Source: the human T2T-CHM13v2.0 reference genome, Homo sapiens
Reading direction: 5' to 3' (one strand)
Assembly (NCBI RefSeq): GCF_009914755.1
Contig: NC_060929.1
Length of the DNA: 64,000 nucleotides
The stretch's first letter is position 1; the number at the start of each line of letters is the position of its first letter. Shown here piece by piece: positions 1 to 14,395 of this stretch. The position numbers and the translations under genes are program-made. Below the pieces are notes generated by a model. That model had not been told where the DNA came from and did no database searches. It was given only the letters and a program-made list of their open reading frames with translations.

Positions 1-576
1 GCGGTGGGCTCATGGTAAAGGGAGCAACTGAAGAGAGGTTTATTTATAGGAATACCTTGCGTTGTGGAGCACGGAAACTCAGCCTTCCAAATAGTTACTT
101 GGTTTCACTGCAACTATTAGCTACCTGCAGCCAATATTTTTTATCTGCTAGATGTGACTAAGAATGTGACTCTAATTATGACAAATGACAAACACACTGA
201 AAGCTGGAGTCCAAGGCCAAGTGCTTGAAGTCCTGGTAGTTATTAATGTTATTCGCTGGTTCTCAGATGAATTAATTTAAAGCCTATTTATCCTCTGGCC
301 ATTTTTCCTCTTTTAAAAATATTAAGAAAATGACCCCTTTTATTATGGTAATTTTCTCCTGCACTTTATAAATTTTAGACATATTACATGTTTTGATTAG
401 AAAGAATATGACATGAGTCAATGTAGCTTCCATTCCAAGTACTTGCTGCTATTTGGAAACAGTATAGAAAAATAGTTAAAAAATATAATATTTAGAAGAA
501 TGCAGACCTGAGCCTGAATGATGGCCAGGGTTAATAACAATGTCTGCCCAAAGATTTTCGTGAAAATTGAATTTTC

Positions 577-750
577 AGGGACTCTCAGTATTCACTGTCC
601 TTCAGAATCTCTTGGGGAAATGTAAAAAATACGGACATCTAAGTCCGACCCTTAAAAAATCTAAAACAATTGATCTGTAGCAGACCTGGGCAGCTGTATT
701 TTTACAAGCTCTTGATGTTCTAAGGTGCAGCTAGAACTGAGAGCAATTTA
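577..750. mobile_element. MER5-like hAT-Charlie DNA transposon remnant
   Basis: Degenerate match to MER5 motifs (cagaatctcttgggg...gacctgggcagctgtatttttacaagctc...gctagaactgagagca). Confidence 0.55.
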
Positions 751-1341
751 CTTTAGATCATACATGTGCAAGCAGTATGTTAAAAGGGCAATGCCTGCTA
801 TAAGTTGTTATTTAGTTAATGGTAGTGATGGTGATGGTGAAGGAAGAGAAGGACTTTCTTTGTTCATCTAGGCAGATAATGGGCACAAGGAACTCTCAGT
901 TAATTTTCACCTCAGAACAAATCACATTCTGATTTCTGAAATCGTAACACTCGGAAAAGAGTTTTGGAAAAATGAGGAAATAGCCTGTGACTTTCCCTTC
1001 CCATTCAAGTTTGAAGGGTCATCACCCAGTAAAATTAGCCTAATTAATGATGGGAGTCTCCAGGAAAGTGTCTGTTTAAAAACAACATAACGAAATCACC
1101 TTATTCAGGGAGGAGGGTGGGGAAGATTTCCTCTCTCTGTGCATTTCAGTAAAGTCCAAATAAGTTTATCTCTAAGAAGTTCCTTTTTCCAATTTCAAAT
1201 ATGGTGTATTGCTGATACTGCTGCACAAGTCATCAAAATGCTTTTCATCACTTGTAATGGGGAAAGTTAGAAAGTTTGTGCGTGTAAGGTGTTAAAGACA
1301 CTGAAAAATAAAACAAGCCAACTGAACTGCTGAATCAGGTT

Positions 1342-1639
1342 TTTTTCCCGCCTCTCTGAGACGGAGTCTCATTCTGTCCCCCAGGCTGGAGTGCAAGTGG
1401 TGTGATCTCAGCTCACTGCAACCTCTGCCTCCTGGGTTCAAGCGATTCTCCTACCTCAGCCTCCTGAGTTGCTGCTATTACAGGTGCGTGCCACCATGTG
1501 CAGCTGATTCTTATATTTTTAGTAGAGGTAGGGTTTTGCCACATTGGCCAGGTGGTCTTGAACTCCTGACCTCAAGTGATCCACCTGCCTCAGCCTCACA
1601 AAGTGCTGGGATTACAGGCATGAGCCACCATGCCTGGCC
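1342..1639 (-). mobile_element. AluS (Sx/Sz-like)
   Basis: Full Alu dimer in reverse; TSD TGAATCAGGTT at 1331-1341 and 1640-1650. Confidence 0.95.
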
Positions 1640-2078
1640 TGAATCAGGTTCTTAAAGGACAACTTGAGGAAAAAAATACTATACATTATACCTAGAGATT
1701 GAATTATATATTAGCTCATCAGATCAAAAAAGTTCATTTTTCTGATATGAAAAAATAAATTGCATTTCAAATCTTGAAAGGTCTCATAATTTAGTTGTAC
1801 TTTTTTGTATAAAATAATTTTCTTTCTCTTTTGTCTTGCAGATCATTGTGATCTCAACAGGATGTTAAATTTCTCAGAAGTTAGCATAGTATCTGTGAAA
1901 GATATCTTATAAAATGAATTTTAATGAACTGTTTGATCTTTTTTTCTGGAGTAATCCCTTTTTACAAGTGTTCTTGTGTTTTGTATATTATATTATTAGA
2001 AAGACAGTGGCCTTTGGCCTTTCTCCTTCTGAACTTTATAGACTCACAAAATAAAGATATCTGTTTCTTTAGCAGTAG

Positions 2079-2603
<525 letters not shown>

Positions 2604-3198
2604 CTTTGGACATACTAAATTTCTAGACATAATCTTATATATTTATTGTTGAGCAATTTTACCCCTACTGCAAATATAAAATCAGAATACCTAATGAACA
2701 ATGTCAGAGCGCATGCACATTAAATTTTTGCTGACTCCAAAAGTTTTTGCTGACTCTACCATCTCCATGTTTTTACTTTAGGAGAGTATTGAAATATGAT
2801 ACTTAACTATTTCACTTAAGATTTTCATTATGAGTAGGACAATGATTGAGGAAAGCAAAAAAGAGAAAAGATTGCATCTGTAAATTTTCTGCAAGTTACC
2901 TATGGTGAGAGTATCTTCATTTGCTTTGAGGTCTATTTAGAGATAATTGGAGGAGGAACTTGAGCTCAAAGAATGTTCCCTCAGACAGAGTTGTTTAAAC
3001 TCGGCTTATCAGAGATGAAAACAGTTTCTGACATTATCATCTGCATAGGTATTTGCCTGATTTTCAAACTATAAATAGACATTTCAAATTAGGAAAGAAA
3101 GGGTTCTTTATTTTTAAAGAAAGAAATTCTAGAAGAACATGGCAATATTTCTGTAAAGGACTGGGTATTTGTTAATTTTGGACTTCAGCAGACAGACC

Positions 3199-3292
3199 AG
3201 TTTGCTCAACAAACCAGTTGCTGCTGATATTCCACAGGATTAAATGTATCAGCAGGAGAAATATCAGCAGCAACTGATTTGTTGAGAAGACT
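3199..3292. other. Long inverted repeat / stem-loop in non-repeat DNA
   Basis: Arms 3205-3231 and 3260-3286 are reverse complements at 26/27 nt around a 28-nt loop; the stem extends imperfectly to 3199/3292. Confidence 0.9.
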
Positions 3293-3411
3293 CTGTACTT
3301 AGTTGAGACACAAACATGAAATGCATTCATTTTTAAATCAACTGTATTTTGTGGATCCTCCTTTTCCTATGGCTTGGTAATATTTTGGGCTGGTTTCCAA
3401 ACTTTGTGGTC

Positions 3412-3752
3412 ATGCTGCAATATGGATGAAACTTGAATTACAGTAAGTGAAAAAGGACAGTTACAAAAAGAAAAATATTTTAGGATTACACTTTTTTTAG
3501 GTACCTAGAGTAATCAAATTTATAGAGACAGAAAGTAGAATTGTGGTTTCCAGGGCAGTGGCGAGGGAGGAATGGGGAATTATTGTTTAATGGGTACAAA
3601 TTTTCAGTTTTACAAGACGAAAAGAATTCTGGAGACGGATGGTGGTGATGGTTGCACAACAATGTGAATTTACTTAATGCTACTGAACTATACATTCAAA
3701 AATGGTTAAAATGATACATTTTATGTTGTGTGTATTTTAGTACAATTAAAAA
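3412..3752 (+). mobile_element. L1MB 3' end fragment
   Basis: Typical L1MB 3'UTR (gagacagaaagtagaattgtggtttccaggg...ggtggtgatggttgcacaacaatgtgaat...aaaatggttaaaatg). Confidence 0.85.
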
Positions 3753-4469
3753 TGATATTGTAATGTTTTTGTTCTTGGGTTGGATAGTGGCCTCATGGAT
3801 ATTTGTTACATTATCAAGCTTTATTACTAACATCTTACTTACTTATTGCATAGATGAACAAGGTATTGAAAAAGATAATAAGTGAAAGGTCCATTAAAAG
3901 GTCCACATCTCCATCTCATGCCCACTTTACTGCTTATCTACTTCTTTCTTTGCCCTCTGGACTAGACTAAGGGACCGGATGTGTAGACGGGCATCATCTG
4001 TCCTCTCTCTCCTTCTCTCACCCATCTTCTGGCTCCCTTTTTCTCCTGGAGTGTTGCCTTGCAGAGGAAGATGATGGAAAGAAAAGCATCTGTTACTTAA
4101 CTGCAGATTTAGTTTATCTTGGCTGTCTTTGTCTCCTGCTAAGACGGATTGGCTGATATTGTGGTATGCAAAGGCTTCTCCATGGGTGGCCTGGGCTCTC
4201 CCTTGACACAATCTTCTGAAGGCAGAGACAGCCTCCGACCCCACCTCTTTCTGACTTCCATCAACTACTGCCTCTTGTTCAAGACATCTTCCGAGTTCAC
4301 TGGCCCCTGAGAGTCTCAAGCTTCCCAGCCCTACCAGGCTCCTACTGCTCCCTGCTGGGTCTTCTCTTACCATTTCTTTCCTCATCTTCCTCAGATAGGC
4401 AGAAAGAGCACACCAGAAAATGTAACATGTAACTAGGGAATGAGAAAGCAGCCTCCTCTTCTTGCAATA

Positions 4470-6400
4470 TTTTTTGTTAAATGTAACTACTTACTTATTT
4501 TTTGGAACAGGTAATGCATTCACATAATTCAAAATGTAAAATATTCAAAAGAGTAGAGTGTGAAAAGTCTCCTTCTACCCGTCTCCAGCTTCCCACAGGT
4601 AACCTGTGTTATTGTGTTCTTATGAATCTTTCTGGAGAGTACAATCAAACATTTATATTCTTTCCTCTCTTGTTGACACAATGGAAACATACTATACACA
4701 CTATGCTGTATCTTGTTTTACCACTTAACTTATATTGAGATTGTTTTGTCTCAGTAGATAAAAAATTGTTTTACTGCATTCTTAACAGTTTCAGAATATT
4801 CTTTTATTTATTCAACCAATTCCCTATTAGTGACATTTGGTTTGTTTTGAATCTATTGCTATCTGAAATAATATTAAAATATATAACTTTGTATGTAGGT
4901 CATTTTGCATAAATGTATATGTAGAATATGTATGTATTTATATGTAGAATGTGTGCATTTATATGTAAAATAGGTTCCTAAAATTGGAATTGTGGGGCAA
5001 GAGGGCATGTACATTTGTAATTTTTATAGATGTTGCTGAAACCCATCATAGATCTGTGCACCAACTAGCAAGATGCAAGTGTTCCTGTAACCTCTAACAT
5101 ATAATCTGGATAGCATAAATATTATCAATCATTTTATCATTGCAACTCTAATATGTAAAATATATCAGTAGTTTAAATTTCATTTCTCTTATGAAAAAAT
5201 TTTTATATTGTCTTAAAGAGTTGCCGATATTTTCTTATTGATGGCTAGTGCCTATTATGTAATAATAAAAGCAGGTATGCTTGTGTGTGTGTGTGTGGGT
5301 GTGTGTGCATGTGTTGTGAAATTGCTTTTGATTGTGGATTTTTCTCCCTACCTTTTTGGTAATCATGTATTTTGACTTTTCTGTGGTGGAGTTCGCTATG
5401 AACAAATATTTAAAATTTTAGCACAACTTACCCTTATTTTACTTTATGGTCTCCAGGTTTTGTGTCATGGTGAAAAAGCCTATACCACTGAAAGATTAGA
5501 GAAGATGTCTCCCAGGGCTCTATTCAGTACCTTTATAGTTTTACTTTTTATTTTAAATTTTTGATTTAATTTGAATTTATTATGTTATAAAATTTTAGGT
5601 AGATGTCCAACTTTATTATTTTTCCAGGTGGTTACATTTTCCCCCAATATCATATTTTGAAAGATAAAAATCTAGCATCACCTTACTAATGTGAGATCAT
5701 TTTTAGTATTTACAGAATTACCACATAGATTTGAGTTTATTTCTACTCTTTTTATTCTCTTCTATTGGTTTGAAATTTTGTTCATGCAAAATCACCACAC
5801 TGCTTTAGTTATTTTGTCTTAAAGAGGATTTGATATTAATACATAAAGAGAATGTAGAATACCACTTTTTTTTTTTGATAGGGTCTCGCTCTGTTGCCCA
5901 GGCTGGAGTGCCCAGTGGTGTGATCTCGGCTCACTGCAAGCTCCACCTTCTGGGTTCACGCCATTCTCCTTCCTCAGCCTCTCGAGTAGCTGGGGCTACA
6001 GGTGCCTGCCACCATGCCCGGCTAATTTTTTTGTATTTTTAGTAGAGATGGGGTTTCACTGTGTTAGCCAGGATGGTCTCGATCTCCTGACCTTGTGACC
6101 TGTCCCCCTCAACCTCCCAAAGTGCTGGGATTATAGGTGCGAGCCACTATGCCCAGCCATCTCTTTTATTACTCTTTTTTTCATAGATTTTTTTTCTGGT
6201 TATTAATGCTTTCTGTTTTATATATATATAAAACAGTTTGTGCAATTAAAAATCCTGTTGGTATTTTTTACTGGGATTGTGTTATATTTGTAGTTTAACT
6301 TATAGAGATTTAATTTTATGATACTAAATATTCTTATCTAAGAACATGATATACCTTGAGCCCTTTATAGCTTCAAGTTGAATTTTAAACCTTTGTTTAC
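4470..6400 (-). mobile_element. Ancient L1ME (L1ME4-like) 3' part; appears to resume at ~20462-20680
   Basis: Degenerate reverse L1 3'UTR and ORF2 end; interrupted by (TG)n at ~5283-5308, an AluY and the L1MD. Confidence 0.65.
5866..6158 (-). mobile_element. AluY
   Basis: AluY diagnostics gcaagctcc, ggttcacgccattc and gttagccaggatggtctcgatctcc. Confidence 0.92.
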
Positions 6401-6745
6401 CTATGTGGTTTTCCATAATAGTGGTTTTTAAAAATAGACTTTAGTTTGATAGAAGTTTTGGGTTCACAGTAAAATTGAGTGAAAAATAGAGTTCCCCCAT
6501 ATCCCTTCCCTGCCTGTCCCCCACCGTCTCCCCAACTCTCAATATCCCATACCAGAGTGGTACATTTTTTACAATTGATAAACATATATTGATACATTAT
6601 TGTCACCCAAAGTCCATTGCTTGTCTTCTTATTCTCTTGACACAGTCTTTTATAGAGCACAAGTGTTAAATTTTAATGAATTTCAGTGTGTCAGTTATTA
6701 TTTTCTAGGAATATGCCTTTATGTCATATCTAAAAAGTCATTGCC

Positions 6746-9700
6746 TTCAAAAAGCCAGAATGTCCTCTTACTTCCAAAGAAGCCCACTAGTACACCAGAA
6801 ATAGTTAAATGAATCAGAAATGACTGAAATGACAGATATAGAATTCAGAATCTGGATGACAAGGAAGCTCACGAAGTTTCAGGAGAAAGTTGAAAGCCAA
6901 TCCAGGCAATTCAAGGAATCCAGTAAAATGATCCAAGAGCTGAAAAATGGAATAGTCAAGAAAGAAGAAAACCGAACTTCTAGAGCTAAAATTTCACTAC
7001 CAGAGTTTCATAATACACTCAGAAGTATTAACACCCCAATAGACAAAGGTAAGGAAGGAATTTCTGAGCTCAAAGACTGGTCCTTTGAATCAACTTAGTC
7101 AGACAAAAATAAAGAAAAAAGAATTTTAAAAATGAATAAAAGCTTTGAGAAATATGGAATTATGTAAAGAGACCAAATCTGTGACTCATTGGCATTCCTG
7201 AGAGAGAATGAAAGAGAATAAACAACTCAAAAAATATATTTGAGGATATAGTCCATAAAAAATTCCCTAATCTTGCTAGAAAGGTTGAAGGTTTACATGA
7301 AAATCCAAAAACCCTGGCTAGATACTATAGAATATGACTTTCCCCAAGGCACATAGTTATTAGATTCACCAAGATCAATGCAAAAGAAAAATTCTTAAGG
7401 GCCACTAGAGAGAAGGGTCAAGTCATATAGAGAAGGAACCCCATCAGGCTATCAGCAGGCCTCTCAGCAGAAACCTTAAAAACCAGGACTTGGGGCCTAT
7501 TTTCAGCATCTTTAAAGAAAAGAAATTCCAACCAAGAATTTCATATCTTGCAAAACTAAGCTTATAAGTGAAGGAGAAATAAGATCCTTCTCAGACAAGC
7601 AAACACTGAGGGAATTCATCTCAACTAGGCCAGCCTTACCAGTCCTTTAGGGAATGCTAAACATGAAACCAAAAAATGACACCAGTTACCACAAAAACAT
7701 GCTTAGTCACACAGCTCATAGGCGCTATAAAGCAATCATATAATCAAGTCTACATAATAACTAGCTAACAACATGATGATAGGATCAAAATCTCACATAT
7801 CAATACCAATCCTTAATATAAATTGGCTAAATGCCCCACTTAAGAGTCATATAATGGCAAGCTGGATAAAAAGAATATCCAACCATCTGCTGTCTTCAAC
7901 AGATCCATCTCACAAGTGATGACACCCACAGGCTAAAAGTAAAGTGATAGAGTAAGATCTACCATACAAACACAAAACAAGAAACAACAGGAGTCACTAT
8001 TCTTATATCAGATAAAATAGATTTTAAACCAGTAAAAATTAAGACGGACAAAGGAGGGCATTACATAATAATAGGGGGTACAACCCAACAAGAAGACTTA
8101 ACTATCCTAAATATATACATATGCAACACTGGAGGGCCCAGATTAATAAAACACGTTATTCTTGGCCTATGAAAAGACTTAAAATACCACACAATAATAG
8201 TGGGAGACTTCAACACTCCACTGACAGCATTAGACAGATCATCAAGGCAGAATACTAACAAAAAAACTCTGGATTTAAACTCAATGCTTGATCAATTGAA
8301 CATAACAGACATTCCAGAACACTCCACCTAGCAACCACAGAATATACATTCTTCTCATCTCCACATGAAACATATTCTAAGATTGATCACATCTTGGTTA
8401 TAAAGCAAATCTCAATCAATTAAAAAAATTAAACCAGACCTTGCACACTCTCAGACCATAGTGCAATAAAAACAAATTAATATCAAGAAGATCTCTCAAA
8501 ACTACACAAATTCATGGAAATTAAACAATTTGCTCCTGAATAACTCCTGGGTGAACACCAAAATTAGAACAGAAATAAAAAATGTTTTTGAAATTAATGA
8601 AAATAAGGACACAGCTTACCAAAACCTTTGGGATGCAGCTAAACCAATGTTTAGAGGAAAGGTTATAGCACTAAATGTCTTCATTGAGAAGTTAGAATAA
8701 TATCAAATTAACAATCTAATTTTGCACCCAAAGGAACTAGAGAAAAACCCAAACCAACCCCAAGGGTGGCAGAAAAAAAATAACTAAAACCAAAGAAGAA
8801 TTGAACAAAATTGAATTGTAAAAATCCATATAAAAGAGCAATGAAACCAAGGATTGGTTTTTTGAAAAAAGTAAACAAGATTGATATGATTCTAGCTAGA
8901 TTAACAAAGATAAAAGTGAAGATCCAAATAAATACAATCAGAAATGACCAAGATGACATTACAACCAATCCCACAGAAATACAAAAGATTCTCAGAGAGT
9001 ACTATGAAAATCCTATGCACACAAATTAGAAAATCTAGAGGAAATGGATAAATTCCTGGAAACATACAATCTCCCAGGACTGGATCAGGAAGATATTGAA
9101 ACCCTGAATAGACCAATATCAAGCACTAATTAGGAATAAAAAACCTACCAACCAAAAAAAGTCTGGGACCAGATGGACTCAGAGCTGAATTCTATCAGAT
9201 GTGCAAAGAAGAAATAGTACCAATCCTACTGAAACTATTCAAAAATATCAAGGAACAGGGGCTGCTCCCTAACTCATTCTATGATGCCAACATTAGCCTA
9301 ATGCCAAAATCTGGCAAAGACACAATGAAAACAGAAAACTTCAGGCCAATATCCATGATAAACATAGATGCAAAAATCATTTACAAAATACTAGCAAACC
9401 GAAGCCAGCAGCACTTTACAAAGTTAATACACCGTGATCAAATAGACTTCATTCCTGGAATGCAAGGCTGGCTTAACAAATGTAAATACATAAATATGAT
9501 TTACTACATAAAAGAATTAAGAGCAAAAAACCATATGATCATCTCAATAGACACAGAAAAAGCTTTTAATAAATTACAACATCTTTTCATGATAAAAACC
9601 TTCAACAGACTATGAGTCAAATAAACACGTTTTAAAATAATAAAAGCCATCTATGATAAATCCACATCCAACATGATACTGAATGTGCAAAAGTTGGAAC

Positions 9701-12212
9701 CATTCCCCATTAGAACTGGAATAATACAAGTTTGCCCACTCTTATTACTCCTATCCAACATAGTACTGGGAGCCCTAGCCAGAGCAATCAGGCAAGATAA
9801 AGAAATAAAAGCATCCAAATAAGAAAAGAAAAAGTCAAACTCTTTCTTTTCACTGAAAATATGATTCTATACCTAGAAAACCCTAAATACTTTGCCAAAA
9901 GGCTCCTAGAATGGATAAACAATTTTAGTAAGGTTAAGGATACAAAATCAATGTACAAAACCAGCAGCATTTCTATACACCAGTAATATCCAGGCTAAGA
10001 GTCAAATCAAGAACACAATATATTTACAATAGTCATGAGGAAAATATAATACCTATGAATACAGCTAACCAAGGCAGTGAAAGATATCCACAAGGAAAAC
10101 TACCAAACAATGCTGAAAGAAATCAGAGACAACACAAATAAATGAAAAAAAATTCCATGCTCCTGGATAGGAAGAATCAATATCATTAAAATGGCCAATT
10201 TTACTGCCAGTGGCCAATGAACTGCCCAAAACAATGTACAGATTCAATGCTGTCTTTATCAAACTACCAATGTCATTCTTCACAGAATTAGAAAAAAAAG
10301 AAACTATTTTAAAATTCATGTGGAACCAAAAAAGAGCCTAAATAACAAAGACAATCTTAAGCAAAAAGAATAAAGTCAGAGGAATCACACCACCTGACTT
10401 CAAGCTATACTATAAAGTAACCCAAACAGCATAGTACTGGTACAAAAACAGACACATAGACCAGTGGAACAGAATGGAAAACTCAGAAATAAAGCTGCAT
10501 ACTTAGAGCCATCTTCTCTTTAACAAGGCCCACAAAAGCAATCAATGGGGAAAGGACTCTCTATTCAACAAATGGTGCTGGGATAACTGGCTAGCCATGT
10601 GTGGAAGAATGAAACTGGACCCTTACCTTTTACCATATACAAAAATTAACTCAAGATGAATTAAAGATTTAAATGTCAGACCTCAAACCTTAAAAATCCT
10701 AGAAGAGAACCCGGGGTGTACCCTTTTAAGCATAAGCCTTGGCAAAGAATTTTTGTCTAAGTCCTCAAAAGTAATTGCAACAAAAACAAAAATTGACAAG
10801 TGGAACCTAATTAAGGAGTTCTGCACAGCAAAAGAAACTATTAATAGAGTAAACAGACGACCTGTAGGATGAGAGAAAATATTCACAAACTATGCATCTG
10901 ACAAAGATGTAATATCTAGAATCTATAAGAAACATAAACAAATCAACAAGCAAAAACCAAATTATCCCATTAAAAAATGGGCAAAGTGTGTGAAAAGACA
11001 CTTTCCTGAAGAAGACAAGTGGCCTGCAAACATGAAAAAATACTCATCATCACCAATCATCAGAGAAATGCAAGTCAAAACCCACAATGAGATACTATCT
11101 CATACCAGTCAGAATGGCTATTATTAAAAAGTCAAAAAACAACAAATGTTGGTGAAGCTGCAGAGAAAAAGGAACACTTATTCACTTTTGGTGGAAATGC
11201 AAATTAGTTCAGCTCTTACGGAGAGCAGTTTGGAGATTTCTTGAAGAACTTAAAACAGAACTACCATTTGACCCAACAATCCCCTTACTGAGTATATAAC
11301 CTGTTGTTCACATTGAACAACTTCAATGTGAGTTGTTCTCACATTGCTATAAAGAATGACCTGAGACTGAGTAATTTATAAACAAAAGAGGTTTAATCAG
11401 CTCATGGTTCTGCAGGCTGTACAGGAAGCATGGCTGAGGAGGCCTCAGGAAACTTACAATCATGGCAGGAGGCAAAGAGGAAAGAGGTACGTCTTACATG
11501 ACTGGAGAAGGGGGAAGAGAGCACAGGGGGAGGAGATACATACTTTAAAAAAATACAGATCTCATGAGAGCTCACTCACTATCTCACTGTCATGAGAACA
11601 AGGGGGAAGTTTGCCCCCTTTTCCAACATTGAGGATTGCAATTCAACATGAGATTTGGGCAGGGACACAAATTCAAATCACATCATAACCCAAAGAAAAA
11701 TAGATCATTATACGGAAAAGACACAGGCAATTGTATGTTCATTACCACACTATTCACAATAGCAAAGATATGAAGTCAACCTAGGTACCCACAAATGATG
11801 GATTAGATAAAGAAAATGTGATATTTATACAGCATGGACTACAACACAGCCATAAAACGAATGAAATCATGCCCTTTGCAGCAACATGGATGAACCTGGA
11901 AGCCATAATCCTAAGTGAATTGATACAGGAACAGAAAATCAAATACCACAGATTCTCACTTATAAGTAGGAGCTAATCATTGAGCACACACATGGACACA
12001 AACATGGGAACAACAGACACTGTGGACTACTAGAAGGGGGAGGGTTGGAAACTACCTATTGGGTACACTGTGGACTACTGGTTGGGGAGGGTTTGAAAAA
12101 CTGCCTAATGGGTACTATGCTTACTACCTGGATGCAATATTTAACAATACGTAACAAACCTGCAAATGTAACCCCTGTATCTGAAATATAAATTGAATTA
12201 AAAAATAAAAAT
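6746..12212 (+). mobile_element. 5'-truncated L1PA16/17-like element with disrupted ORF1 and ORF2
   Basis: ORF1 remnant 6820-7098; ORF2 endonuclease and RT remnants (9199-9615: [38 protein letters not shown]); A-rich tail; TSD AAAAGTCATTGCC at 6733-6745 and 12213-12225. Confidence 0.93.
11302..11685 (-). mobile_element. MST (MSTA-like) MaLR solo LTR inside the L1PA
   Basis: MST LTR motifs; TG...CA ends; 5-bp TSD TAACC at 11297-11301 and 11686-11690. Confidence 0.9.
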
Positions 12213-14395
12213 AAAAGTCATTGCCATACCCAAGGTTATCTAGATTTTTCTCTTATATTATCTCATGGTAGTTTTGTAGTTTTGCATTTTACATTTAGGT
12301 CTGTAATGTATATTGAGTTAATTTTTGTGACGGGTATAAGGTTTTCGTCTGGATTGCTTTTCTTGTTTTTTAATATTGATGTTCAGCTGTTCTATCATAG
12401 CACCATTTGTTGAAAAGATTATCTTTTCTTCAATTTATTGCCTTTTCTACTTTGTCAAAGGCCAGTTGACTATATTTATATAGGTCTAGTTTTGTTTCCT
12501 ATTCTGTTTCCTTGATCTATTTACCTATTCTCTAACCAATATCGCACTGTTTTGGTTACTGTAGCTTTATGGTAAGTCTTTAAGTCAGATTGTGACAGTT
12601 CTCTGACTTTGTTCTTTTTCTTCAATCTTGTTTGGTTATTTTGGTGTTTTGAATCTCAAAAGAAACTTTAGAACTAGTTTGACAATATCTACAAAATAAT
12701 TTTTTAGAATTTTGATTGGGATTGCATTGAATCTGTAGATCAAGTTGGGGAGAATGAACATTTTGACAATATTGAGTTTTCTATCCATGAGCATGACATA
12801 TCTCTCTATTTATTTAGTTCTTTGATTTCTTCCATTAGAGTTTTGTAGTTTTCTTTATACAGATTCTGTACATATTTTGTTATGTTTATGCCTAAGTGTT
12901 TCACTTTTGGGGATGCCAATGCAAATAATAGTATGTTTTAAATTTCAAATTCCACTTGTTCATTGCTGATATGTTAGAAAGCAATTAACTTTTGTATATT
13001 AACCTTGCATCCCATAACCTGGCTGTAATTGCTTATTAGTTCCCGGAGATTTTTTTCTGATGAATTCTTTAGGATTTTCTACATATACAATCATGTCACT
13101 GGTAAACCGAGACAGTTTTATGTTTTCCTTCCCAATTAGCATAACATTTTTTCCTTTTCTTGTCTTACTGAATTAGCTAGGACTTCCAGTATAATGTTTT
13201 AAAGGAGTAGTAAGAGGAAATCTTCCTGTGTTGTTTCTGATCTTTTTGGGAAAACTTCTCCTTTTCCCCATTAAGTATTAATATGATGTTAGCTGTACAT
13301 TTTTTGTAGGTGTTCTTTATCCAATTGAAGAAGTTCTCTTTATTCCTACTTTGCTGAGGGTTTTTATCATCAATGAGTGTTCAATTTTGTCAAATGCTAT
13401 TTATATGTTTATTAAAATGATGATGTGATTTTCTCCTTGAGGCTATTGATGTGATAGATTACATTAATTAATTATTGAATGTTGAACTAGCCTTGCATTC
13501 CTAGAATAAATTCCACTTGGTTATGGTATATAATTCTTTTCATAAATTGTTGGATTCAATTTGCTATTTACTTTGAGGATTTTTGCATCTTTATGAGGAT
13601 ATTGGTCTGTGGTTTTTTTGTGATATCTTTGGTTTTAATATCAGAGTAATGCTGACCTCATAACATGAGTTAGGAATTGTTCCCTCTGCTTCTATATTCT
13701 GGCAGTTATTGAATTGATATAATTTCTCTTAAATGTTTGTTAGAATTTGCTAACAAATCCATCTGGGCAAGAGACTTTCTGTTTGGGATGGTTACTAGTT
13801 ACTGATTCAATTTCTTTAATTGATAAAGGCCCATTCAGGCTGTCTGTTTTTTCCTGTGAGAATTTTGGCAGATTGTGTATTTTAAGGAATTGGTTCATTT
13901 CATCTAGATTATCAATTTTGGGGGACATAGAGTTGTTAATAATATTCCTTTATTATCTTTTTAGTGTCCATGAGATCTGTGATTATGTCTCCTTTTTCAT
14001 TTCCAATCTTAGTTATTTGTGTCTTCTCTTTTTATTCTTAGTCTGGCTGGAGGTTTGTTGATTTTGCTGATCTTTTCAAAGAACCAACATTTGCTTTCAT
14101 TGATTTTTCTTCACTGATTTTCTGTCTTTAATTTATTAATTTTTGCTGTAATTTTTATTATTTTTTTTCATCTGCTTGCTTTGGAATTGATTTGCCTTGT
14201 TTTCTGGTTTCCTATGGTAGAAGCTTAGATTATTGATTTGAAATATTTATTATTTTCTAACATATACATTTTAATGTTAGAAAATTTTCAAAGCACTGAT
14301 TTGCTGCATCCACAAAGTTTGATAATTATATGTTTATTTTCATTTAGTTCAAAATGTTTTGAAGTTTTCCTTGAGATTTATTTTTTGATCTATGA

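Noticed and set aside
9199-9615. 138-aa reverse-transcriptase-like ORF as an active RT gene or novel RT system
   Set aside because: A fragment of L1 ORF2 broken by stops and frameshifts; the same holds for 27490-27765 and 40294-40563.
12017-12116. ~50-bp imperfect tandem duplication in the L1 3'UTR
   Set aside because: Real but a common slippage event in a dead element; counted only in the aggregate finding.
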